The notes below the pieces were generated by a model. The model did not search any database. It was not told where the DNA came from and saw nothing but the letters and a program-made list of their open reading frames with translations. Positions 21,245 through 30,765 of a stretch of 64,000 nt of DNA are shown piece by piece. Numbering within the stretch: the first letter of the stretch is position 1; every line of letters begins with the position of its first letter. The stretch is taken from the IMG/VR virus record IMGVR_UViG_2675903165_000002; one strand, given 5' to 3'. Both the position numbers and the translations under genes were made by a program. Source of the DNA: an uncultured virus (IMG/VR IMGVR_UViG_2675903165_000002) (Duplodnaviria > Heunggongvirae > Uroviricota > Caudoviricetes).

Positions 21245-21616
21245 TTAATTAGGGGTGTTTCGTTTTAAAAATTCATTCATGCGCCGCTGCGCTTCTTCTT
21301 TTTCGGCTGCGGCTTTGGCCTCCAACGAAGCCTTATTAAGTTTGAGCAATTGTTGATTGACCTCTACCTCCTGACGGGCTTTTTGCAGTTCATCAAAGGC
21401 TGCTCTTGGATTCATGGCCTCTGTTTCTTGGTTTGGGAGAGGCAACTCTGTTGTTGTGCTGGTAACAGAAGCCTCCCCGAATCTTGCTTCTTTGTTGATA
21501 GGAGGAAGGTAGTTGGACTTTTTAAACATACTCAGCGATACAATAAGCATGAGTACACCGCCAACTATCAACCACATTGTCGTATTTTCACCCAACAACT
21601 CATCAGGCATACTCAT
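21245..21616 (-). CDS. Single-TM coiled-coil protein
   Basis: One hydrophobic segment then an Ala/Glu-rich helix; start codon uncertain. Confidence 0.5.
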   Translation of the reverse strand: MSMPDELLGENTTMWLIVGGVLMLIVSLSMFKKSNYLPPINKEARFGEASVTSTTTELPLPNQETEAMNPRAAFDELQKARQEVEVNQQLLKLNKASLEAKAAAEKEEAQRRMNEFLKRNTPN

Positions 21617-22697
21617 GCTCTTTGGGTTGTTTACCAAGATTGACAAAATCACTGCTAATTTGCTGACGTATCATGTTTGACTCCACCAAACGATAGGCCA
21701 AATCCTGCCGAATCGCTCCGCTATTAGGGCTCGGATTGACCATCTCATCTAATATGGTATTGACCAAATTATTACGAATTTCAACGTTTTTTTGTGCTTG
21801 CAATTGGTTGCTCTTGGCCAAATCCGTATAATCAGTTTTAATAATCATTTTGAGAATAAGGACAGCACTTTCAAAGAAAACCGAGAAGGCAATGACAATT
21901 TTACCCCAGAGGTCGAAGGCGATTTTGTGATATTCGTCGGCCTTATCTTTAGCTTTTTCTAAGGCAGCACTTTGCTCCACCGCCGAATAATGAGGCGTAG
22001 AACTCAACTCAAGAATATCTTGCTTGGCTACGGCCGTGACACTATCCCGCTTAAAACCTGTTTCAGTAGAAGACAATCGCCCTTCTATATCTTGGATTTT
22101 TTGCTCACACAGCGCAATATCATTTTTGATGATGCCCGCAAGTTTACCATCTCCTTCATTTCCACTAACCTTTTGGCTGAAAGAAACACCGCCAATTTCT
22201 TGGGCAAGTTTACTTTCTAAATCAGCTTTTTGGTGTCTCAATTGCGTTAGCTCATCTTGCAGTTCCTTTTTGCTGGCCAAATAATTCCCCACTGCGTTGG
22301 TCATGGGTTCGATGGTTTCAAGTCGTTTTTGCTGGTAATTTTCCTCAATGGTTTGCGTAATTTCTTTGCCGTACACAATGTATTCGTTCACCGTGTGGAG
22401 CATATAGGTTGAACCAAAGACGAAAATTAGCCTAAAAATCATACCCTTATTACTTGCACTGGCATACATGATGCGTTCGACTTGCAACATAATGCCCCCA
22501 TAAATCAAGAACATCAAGACGGCAAGAAGGTAGCTATTGGATACCGTCCAAATCAAATAAGCCATATTAAGAGCTGAGAGTACAATAACGAGCCAGACAC
22601 ATAGTCCTACGGCGCGTTGCGTCATGCGAGAATGATTTGTGCATTGGGATAATAACACTTCATCAGAAAAAGAAGCATACTCTAACATATTTCCCAT
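21603..22697 (-). CDS. Membrane protein with coiled coil (DUF4407-like)
   Basis: Three N-terminal TMs, coiled coil with EIGG...GNEGDGK, C-terminal TM. Confidence 0.6.
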   Translation of the reverse strand: MGNMLEYASFSDEVLLSQCTNHSRMTQRAVGLCVWLVIVLSALNMAYLIWTVSNSYLLAVLMFLIYGGIMLQVERIMYASASNKGMIFRLIFVFGSTYMLHTVNEYIVYGKEITQTIEENYQQKRLETIEPMTNAVGNYLASKKELQDELTQLRHQKADLESKLAQEIGGVSFSQKVSGNEGDGKLAGIIKNDIALCEQKIQDIEGRLSSTETGFKRDSVTAVAKQDILELSSTPHYSAVEQSAALEKAKDKADEYHKIAFDLWGKIVIAFSVFFESAVLILKMIIKTDYTDLAKSNQLQAQKNVEIRNNLVNTILDEMVNPSPNSGAIRQDLAYRLVESNMIRQQISSDFVNLGKQPKEHEYA

Positions 22698-23135
22698 TTT
22701 TGTATCATTTTTAGTTTTAACAATTGATTAAATAATGAATTACTAAAAAAGACGGCACAACCAGTTTTATCGACACACTTACATTTTCCGCTAAAAAGTC
22801 TTGCAATTGCCAGACAAATCCGTATAGATTTTACTGAACAAATCGTTCAACTTCCAAATTTAACCGCGCGGGAGTTTCAGTGTGGTGCTGGCATATTTGT
22901 CAGTACCATTTTTTTGTATTCTAAATCATGGGTAGCTATGCCAATTTTTAGAAAATTCTATCTTTTGAGTACTCGTTTGATGTAGCAATAATATATAAGT
23001 CATTGATTATTGCATAAATAACGTATAACTTGCTACAATGACATGACAAAAGTCGTTATAAAAGGGAGTGTCTATTCGTATTTTCAACCTTTAATAAAAA
23101 GTTGAAAATAGTGTTTACTTTAACCTATTTGAATA

Positions 23136-24242
23136 ATGAAACCATCTATTGTGCATGAATTATATTTTAAACTTAATTGCTTGCGTTCATTTCACGGAGC
23201 AAGTCAGGAGTTTAGTAAAAAGTTAGGGCTACGAATACAAGATAAAGCTTTTGCCAAAGGCTGGTTTACGCACCTACTTAATGATAAAAGTTTTTTTGAG
23301 GGTCATCGTTCTATTTATCTTCCAGAAGCACTGAGTTTGGCTGATGAACTCTTGGCCAAATACAGAAAAAAGACAGAAGATGAGGCGATTATATCGTTTA
23401 AAGTTAGCGACTTACAGGAGACAATCACGCATTTAGACCAAGAGTTTGAGAAAGGCAATGTAGATTATTCTCTTTGGTATTACGATATGCTCACGCAAAA
23501 AATACGCAGCCCTCAGGTTTTGGCTCGTAACCCAGAAGTATATAGAAATCTGCATTTTAGCATTGCTAAATGTCTGATGCAACGCGGCGAAGCGTACCGT
23601 GACTTTAAGCCACTCGAAAGTATTAATTATGTGTTAGAAATCAATCAGTATTTACCGCCCAATCCACTTCTTTATATGCGAATGCTGAATTTGAAAGGCC
23701 ATATTCATCGACAACATTCGCCTATTAAAATAGCGATTGATTATTATGATACACTTTCTAAAGAAGCCAATTTTTTTTCTTTGGGAACACAAAAGTCTTA
23801 TTGGAATGCGTTACTTGAGCATCAATTAGCGATTACATTAGCTCATAATAAATCATATTTAAAGCAAAAAGACATATCACTCAAAGCGTTGGAATTATTA
23901 TCAAAAAGTAATCAATATTTTGATGACAATACAGATGAAAAATGGTCTTTATTTACCAGAATTAGAGAAGCAGAAATTCAATTATTGGTAGGAAATAAAG
24001 ATAAAGGAGGCGCATTTTTGGATATGTTGGAGCATCGGCCAGATTTATTGATGAGGCTTCCTTTATCGCACCAATCTATTTATTTGAGAGCAAATACTCT
24101 TCGTTATGCCGTAACTGAAAATAAAGAAAATGCACTTAAATATTTATCTTCTGTACAGGAATTTAATCAAAAACATCAGTATTTGGGACAGTTAAATTTG
24201 ATAGAAAAATATAAAAATGAACTTTTAAACCAATTAAAATAA
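23136..24242 (+). CDS. Hypothetical helical-repeat (TPR-like) protein
   Basis: 368-aa open frame with a helical pattern; divergent from the DUF4407-like gene. Confidence 0.6.
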   Translation: MKPSIVHELYFKLNCLRSFHGASQEFSKKLGLRIQDKAFAKGWFTHLLNDKSFFEGHRSIYLPEALSLADELLAKYRKKTEDEAIISFKVSDLQETITHLDQEFEKGNVDYSLWYYDMLTQKIRSPQVLARNPEVYRNLHFSIAKCLMQRGEAYRDFKPLESINYVLEINQYLPPNPLLYMRMLNLKGHIHRQHSPIKIAIDYYDTLSKEANFFSLGTQKSYWNALLEHQLAITLAHNKSYLKQKDISLKALELLSKSNQYFDDNTDEKWSLFTRIREAEIQLLVGNKDKGGAFLDMLEHRPDLLMRLPLSHQSIYLRANTLRYAVTENKENALKYLSSVQEFNQKHQYLGQLNLIEKYKNELLNQLK

Positions 24243-24309
24243 GGTCTTTACTCAGAAAAAAAAGGAAAATAACTACACCCAGTGTATTTACTTCCTAAAT
24301 AAGAGAAAA

Positions 24310-25170
24310 ATGTTAAACTGGTTTAAAAGAAAAACACCAATTAGTTACTATGGCTGAAAGCAGCAAATGGCGAATAAAATAGCCAAAGCAATCCCTGCTC
24401 ATCAACTTTATTGTGAACCCTTTTTTGGGGGTTGAGCCGTGTACTTTGCAAAGGAACCTTCAGAAATAGAGGTAATTGGGGATAAAAATGAAGTAGTGGC
24501 GAACTTCTACCAAGTGGCACAAGACGAGGATTTGTTTCCTTTGTTGCAACAGTTGGTTGTTGCCACGCCCTATGCCCGTCGCGAATGGGCAATTGCTCGC
24601 AACGTTTGGCGCAATGCCGATTGCTTTTCAGAGCTAAAGAAAGCATGGGCGTTTTGGGTTTTGAGTGCCACGTGTTTTAGTTCAAGCATTGGTAGTGGCT
24701 TTGCTTTTGACAGAAATCATAATACAGTCGCCAAACGTTTCAATAACAAAAAGAAAAACTTTGGGTCGCGAATCAAGGAACGTTTGGCGAAAACTTGTAT
24801 TGAAAACATAGGAGCTTTGGATTTGATAGCCGCCCGCGACACAGAAAATGCCTTCTTTTATATCGACCCGCCTTATATATCTGAGCGTATGGGCAGCAAA
24901 TCAGGCAAAAATAAAGTTGACCAAGGCCATTATTCTGGCTACACGGTACAGGATTATGACGATTTACTGACGCTATTGGGTGGGCTGAAAGGCAAATTTA
25001 TTCTGTCCAATTACCCTTCAGATTTGCTGGATAAACACGTGCAGGCCAACGGACGAAAAGTGCGAAGCGAAACCAAGGCATTACAAGCAGGCTCTAAGGT
25101 AAAAGGCAAAGTATCGAGCTTGAAAACGGAGGTATTGGTGGCCAATTTTGATTTAGTTGTAGAAGTATAA
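24310..25170 (+). CDS. DNA adenine methyltransferase (Dam/D12 class), intact if TGA=Gly
   Basis: From ATG 24310: PISYYG[TGA]KQ and EPFFGG[TGA]AVYF restore the YxGGK and FxGGG SAM-binding motifs; DPPY catalytic motif. Confidence 0.85.
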
Positions 25171-25318
25171 TCTAATGAATAACCGTATTTTGCAAGACCC
25201 CGAAAGCAGCTCGTTAGTAGCTTTACGAATCCAACTTTGTATTGAAATAATCGGGAGTTCGCTAATGTAAAAGAAAGTGATTTTGCTCTTGCGCTGACAA
25301 AGCAATTGGATATAATTG

Positions 25319-25339
25319 GGCGGTGAAAGCCGCCTTTTT
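25319..25339 (+). terminator. Rho-independent terminator
   Basis: ggcgg-tgaaag-ccgcc followed by a T-run. Confidence 0.6.
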
Positions 25340-25362
25340 CTTTATCTTTTTTTCTGATTTTC

Positions 25363-27033
25363 ATGGTTAATGTAGTAATTTATTGTCGTGTTTCCTCTGA
25401 CCTTCAGGTACAAAATGGGGCTTGATTGGACGGCCAAGAAATAGCATGTCGTCAATTTGCACAAGCCAAAGGCTGGACGGTCATGCAGGTATTTAAGGAA
25501 GAAGGGGTTTCGGGTTGAATCCTTGAAAGGCCAGCATTATTGAATTTATACCAGTTTGTGTCTTCGTATAATGCCAAAAATCCGACCAAAATCATGTATT
25601 TTTTATGTGATGACATAGACCGTATTGCGCGTGATATAGTGGTTCACATGCAAATCAAACAAGAATTGGAGAGGTTGGGCTTGTCTTTTGTTACCGTAAA
25701 AATGACGTTTGAGAACACGGCTACGGGTAGGTTTTCGGAAGGGATTATGGCCTTACAAGCGGAATTTTTCCGCAGGCAAAACGCCGAGAGAGTTTTTTCG
25801 CGCCAACACGCCCGTTTGATGGACGGTTATTGGCCATGGTTTCCGCCATTGGGTTATCAGCAAGTCAAATCGGCTCACGGCTGAAAAATCTTGTTACCCA
25901 AAGAACCCGAAGCAAGTTTGTTAAAAGAGGGTTTAGAGGCTTATGCTTCGGGCAAAATAATATCTGTTAGAGAATTAAGAGACTTTTGGAATAAAAAGGG
26001 TTTGCGTTCTCAGACAGGCGAATCGAAGGGCTCGGCCAAAGGAATGAGCGTGAGTAATGTGGGTCGTATATTGAATCAGTTGGTATATGCGGGCTATATA
26101 GCATATCAAAAAACGACGAAAGATGCCAATGGAGCAATGCTTTGGCATTGGAATGTTCCGTTTCGTAAAGGGAAGCATGAAGGGCTTATTTCGCTGGAAA
26201 CGTATAATATTATTCAAGAGAAATTAAATAATAAAAAGCCCGTGATGGGGAATTTTTCCAGTCTTTATGATGAGCATTTTCCGTTAAAATGAATGTTAGC
26301 CGATGAGGAAGGGAATTTATTGTTTGCGGGTTGGAGCAAGGGTAGAAATCAATCTTATCCTTATTATAGGTTTAGTAGTGGCTCAGCCTATAAGGGCAAA
26401 TCCATTAGAGCGGAGAAGGTACACAAACGATTAGAGTTGTATTTTAGAGGTATTACACTCAGCCCCAAAGACAAGGAAGCCTTTAAAAAACTGCTGATAG
26501 AACACGTAAATGGACTAAAGAGCCAAGTGCATCAGAGAGATACAAGCCGTGAATTGAAGATTCAAGAGCTTGAAAAAGAATACAATAGCTTAATGGATAA
26601 GATTATTCATTATAGCAACCCGACGCTTATTCAAAAAATAGAATCGCAGTTGTCGAGTTTGGAACTGACGATACGTGGCTTAAAAGAAAGTAATGTGACT
26701 GCCTCAACCGATAAACGATTGGAGGAGGAGGTTTTGGAGGCAACGGTCAGGTTGATATTGAGTCCACGACAGGCGTGGGAACAGGCTAATCACCTTCAAA
26801 AGAAGAAATTTATTGAAATGTGGTTCAAAGAGCCGTTAAAAGTGAGCCCTGTAAAAAATGGTGTTTTGAACCGCCCACAAAGTGCTTTGCGAGAGGCGTT
26901 TCAGGTGTTTGATAATAGGAAAAATAGTCATTTGGAGATGACGGATACAGATTTGAACCACTTTTGAACGGTATTATACAGCGAAATACTGGCATGGTCG
27001 CAGTATAAGGAATGGGGTGGGGTTTCTGTGTAA
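25363..27033 (+). CDS. Large serine recombinase, intact if TGA=Gly
   Basis: YCRVSS catalytic motif, DRIAR, PPLGY, GKHE.LIS; five in-frame TGA (25423, 25516, 25882, 26290, 26965), e.g. EGVSG*, FPLK*ML; single frame to TAA at 27031. Confidence 0.85.
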
Positions 27034-27176
27034 AGGAGGTATAAAATTTAACACTGCCTAATCTATGACTCATTGCTATAAAATACTGCCTTAGTTTATA
27101 CTAAAAAATCAATTGAATTTTTGCAACTAAACATTATATGTGATTTGAGGATATTTATTCTTTTCTCACCTGTTTG

Positions 27177-28193
27177 ATGTATAAATCTTTTGCAAAAAAC
27201 TCAAAGGGATTGCTTTTATTTATTGCTATTTTGGTTATAGCTGGGTGTTCTTATCAGAAATCTAGTATCACTGATGTAGAAACAACTACAAAAAAAGAGA
27301 TTGTCTTAGGAGATATTGGTTGGGCTGGTCTTGCTCCTCTTTATGTCGCAAAAGAAAAAGGTCTATTTTGACCAAGTATTAGTGTTAAAATTGTAAAAAT
27401 AGGTGGTATAGGTGACGCAAGGTTAGCTATGAAAGCCTGAAATATTGATATATACCAATGAACATATGATATGTATTTAAATACTGATGGTCAAGAAGCT
27501 CCTGGTATTGGTTTTATGCTCGGAGACGAGTCAAATGGAGCAGATGGATTATTGGTTAAAAATGGAGTCAAATCTTTGGCTGATTTAAGTGGTAAAACTA
27601 TTGCCTTAGAAAAAGAAACACCGGCATACATTCTCCTCAAATACGCTGCAAAACAAAATAATATTGATTTCAAAACACTTAAAATTAAGTATATGCCAGC
27701 CGCAGATGCAGCCACTGCCTTTATTGCAGGTCAGGTTGATGCTGCTTGAACATATGAGCCATATATTACTAATTCACTCAATATAATATCAGGCGCAAAA
27801 TTACTATATAGTTCAAAAGATTTTCCTGGTCTATTTCCTGCAATCTACTTTGCAAAAAGTGAACTTTTCTCTGGGACAAATACTAATTATCTAAAAGATT
27901 TCCTTCAATGATGGGTAGCGTCACTAGATTATATAAATAATAACCCTACTGAGTCATATGAAATTATGTCAAAAGCTTTTGAGATGCCTACTGGCGATAT
28001 GCTGGACTTAAAAAAGGTCATTATATGGCATACTCTATCTGACAATAAAGACATGTTCAATAAAAACTATACTAGTAATGTATGGACTATGTACAATACT
28101 GTTGCAGATCTTATGAAAACAAATGGAGACAGCATTGCACCTAACAAATCTGTTGATGCATTGACTAATTCTATCTTAGATATGATTCCTTAG
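27177..28193 (+). CDS. NitT/TauT-type ABC substrate-binding lipoprotein, intact if TGA=Gly
   Basis: Lipobox IAGC; W.G.APLYVAKEKGLF, DESNGADG, VDAA*TYEP; five in-frame TGA; ends TAG. Confidence 0.85.
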
Positions 28194-28217
28194 ATTAATA
28201 ATTATTCTTGTATATTT

Positions 28218-28985
28218 ATGATTATATCCTACATTTGTATAAAATATGAAAAAACACTAATGCCGTTAATAAGTATTGGCTTTGCTATACTTTTGTGGCT
28301 TGTTTTAGGAATGAGTGGTGAGCACTCATTCTTTTTCCCTTCATTTCAAAAGTTGTTTGATACCGCATTGACCATGTTTTGAGAAGGCTGATTTATGGTA
28401 GATGTCATATACTCATTTACTAGGGTTTTTATTGCATTTACTATTTCACTTACTCTTGCCTTTGTTGTTGGAGGTATATTTTATACATTTCCTTATATAC
28501 AAAAACTACTAACCCCTTACATTACATTCATGAGATATATACCAATAGAGGGGATATTACCACTAATTTTACTTTCTTTATGATTAGGAGAAAGTGCAAA
28601 AATTGGGCTACTTATTATAGGTACTTTTTTCCCTCTTTTAGGTACGATCATGAATGGACTTCATCATATTCCTTGAGAATTACAAGACCTTATAACGATT
28701 TTACACTTCTGAAAAACTAAAAGAATACTTATGTACTTCCGTTATATTTTACCGCAAGTATATGATAATGTTCGCGTACTCATAGGTCTGTGTCGATGAT
28801 ATGTTGTTTTAGCTGAAATGATCGCAGCAGAGCATGGTATTGGTTATAATATACGAATGGCTCAAAAGTATGCAAATATCCCAAAAGTGTATATTTCTAT
28901 TTTGACTATTTGAACTCTTTGATTTCTGGTAGACTATTTGATGAAACTATCGAGAAAACATATATTCCCTTACCTGTATAAGTAA
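28218..28985 (+). CDS. NitT/TauT-type ABC permease, intact if TGA=Gly and CGA=Trp
   Basis: RYIP, L*LGE.AKI, RVLIGLC[CGA][TGA]YVVLAEM...GIGY; eight in-frame TGA; ends TAA 1 nt before the next ATG; start could be 28260. Confidence 0.85.
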
Positions 28986-28986
28986 C

Positions 28987-29715
28987 ATGGCAAACTATAA
29001 AATAGTTGTAGAAGGCGTAAGTAAGCACTTCAAAAACACCAAGGTCTTTTCGGACATATCTTTTAACATTAAAAAGGGGGAAATATTTTGTATTCTTGGT
29101 CGTAGTGGTTGCGGTAAGACAACCTTATTAAGAATGTTTTCAGGACTAGATACAAACTATCACGGAGATATACTCATTAATTGATTGAATCCAAAAACCT
29201 ATCTCAAAGAAAACAATATTGGATTTATTACTCAAAAATATAGCAATTTCCCGCGAATGACTGTTTCTGAAAATATTATTCAAGGCACGCATTCAATAGA
29301 TAAAGATAAACTAGACGCACTACTAACACACTTTGATATGTATAACCAAAAAGATAAATATCCTGACCAACTGTCATGAGGAATGAACCAAAAGGTAGCA
29401 ATTATGAGAGCAATTATGCAAAATGCTGACATTATTTGTGCAGATGAACCATTTTGATCTCTTGATTTTGTTAATAGAACCAATGCTCAGCGTTACTTTC
29501 GTAACATCATCCATGAAAACCATAAAACTTCTATTGTCGTGACACACGATATAGACGAAGCATTAACAATTGCAGATACTATTTGTGTTATGTCTCATAA
29601 AGGAATGTCTATTATCTCTAACCCACTAGCCTGATACGATATATCCTGAGAAATAAGCGACGATAATACTCATATGCTACTTGCTAGTAAGATGGAGATT
29701 ATCAAAATGTTCTAA
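28987..29715 (+). CDS. ABC ATP-binding protein, intact if TGA=Gly and CGA=Trp
   Basis: GRSGCGKT; FP[CGA]MTV; signature LS[TGA]GMNQK; DEPF[TGA]SLD; VTHDIDEA; ends TAA. Confidence 0.9.
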
Positions 29716-29722
29716 CTCAATA

Positions 29723-29769
29723 TTTTCTCACAAAAAAATCTCTCATTTCGAGAGTTTTTTGTAAGAAAA
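29723..29769. terminator. Hairpin after the recoded ABC operon
   Basis: ttttctcacaaaaaaatctc...gagttttttgtaagaaaa inverted repeat. Confidence 0.6.
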
Positions 29770-30387
29770 TTGTTGTTGTATGTCTGTATAATAGCATATT
29801 TTTGAAAAAATGTAGTTAAGCAAATGTTAAACCACTTTTGAAAGCCGAAATGTTTGCATAGTTACAGTGTAAGAGCCTTACTTGAATTAACTTTTGTTGG
29901 CGGTATTTGTGATTATCATAATAACTAAAAACGCATTCGCATTTCAAGTATTCTTCTTGTAATCCTTTGATAGTCTAAGATTAATGTTTGCCTAAGTAAT
30001 AAATCTTTCCAAAAATCGCGTGAGTAGTGGTTTTAGATTTTTTAGCGAATTGCGAGAATAATGTCCATGTTCACCCATGACTTGCCAAAATGCTCTGCCG
30101 AAAGTATTATCCGCATACACTTTCTCTATCTTATCTAGCAAGCAACATATTAACCCATGATTTAACTCGCGATTGTTTTATATCCGTAGTTTTATCATAA
30201 CAATTCTCAACACAAGCAATACTTTGGGCTATATTGCTTGTGTAGTCCTGTATCTACTAATAGCTCAATTTTGCAACCCAATCCCTCTATAAAGACAATA
30301 ATACATGGTTTTTCATTTGCAAGGAAAATCACGATATACATACTCAACCATTTTTGCATATGTAAAAGATGCCTTGTACTATCGCTT

Positions 30388-30765
30388 TTAATTGCTATTT
30401 GCATTTTCTTCGAAAACAGCTTTCTTAATAGCTGCGAATTTATCTTGTACACAATCATCAATAAGTATTTCAAAAACTTCTTTGAACTTGCCTGGATGAT
30501 TTGAAAATTCTTTATTTTTAAATTTTGAATAAAATGCTTCAACTGTCTGACTATGATATAACAAATAATCATTCTCTTCATCGATTTCAAACTCAGGATT
30601 TTTAAAATCAAGATGAATATATACCTGATCGTTAAGTATCTGTTGGATTGGCTGATCTATAGAAATATTCAGTAGGTCGGCAACCCTTCTTTTTGCATTT
30701 CCTTCTCCTCTGCCAAAACAGACACCTGCTGAATCTCTGTTTGTTGAAATAAATATTTTACTCAT
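30388..30765 (-). CDS. Hypothetical protein
   Basis: ATG overlaps the TGA stop of the kinase-like gene (ATGA). Confidence 0.6.
   Translation of the reverse strand: MSKIFISTNRDSAGVCFGRGEGNAKRRVADLLNISIDQPIQQILNDQVYIHLDFKNPEFEIDEENDYLLYHSQTVEAFYSKFKNKEFSNHPGKFKEVFEILIDDCVQDKFAAIKKAVFEENANSN

Noticed and set aside
24310..29715. Ordinary pseudogenisation or sequencing error as the cause of the fragmented ORFs
   Set aside because: All interruptions are TGA, many at conserved Gly, with no frameshifts or TAA/TAG; random decay would not give this pattern.
24310..29715. TGA=Trp (table 4) or selenocysteine
   Set aside because: Motif positions require Gly (LSGG, FGGG, DEPFG), not Trp or Cys.
29960..30140. 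Possible IS3-like fragment on the minus strand (DNTFGRAFW)
   Set aside because: Too short and degenerate to support.
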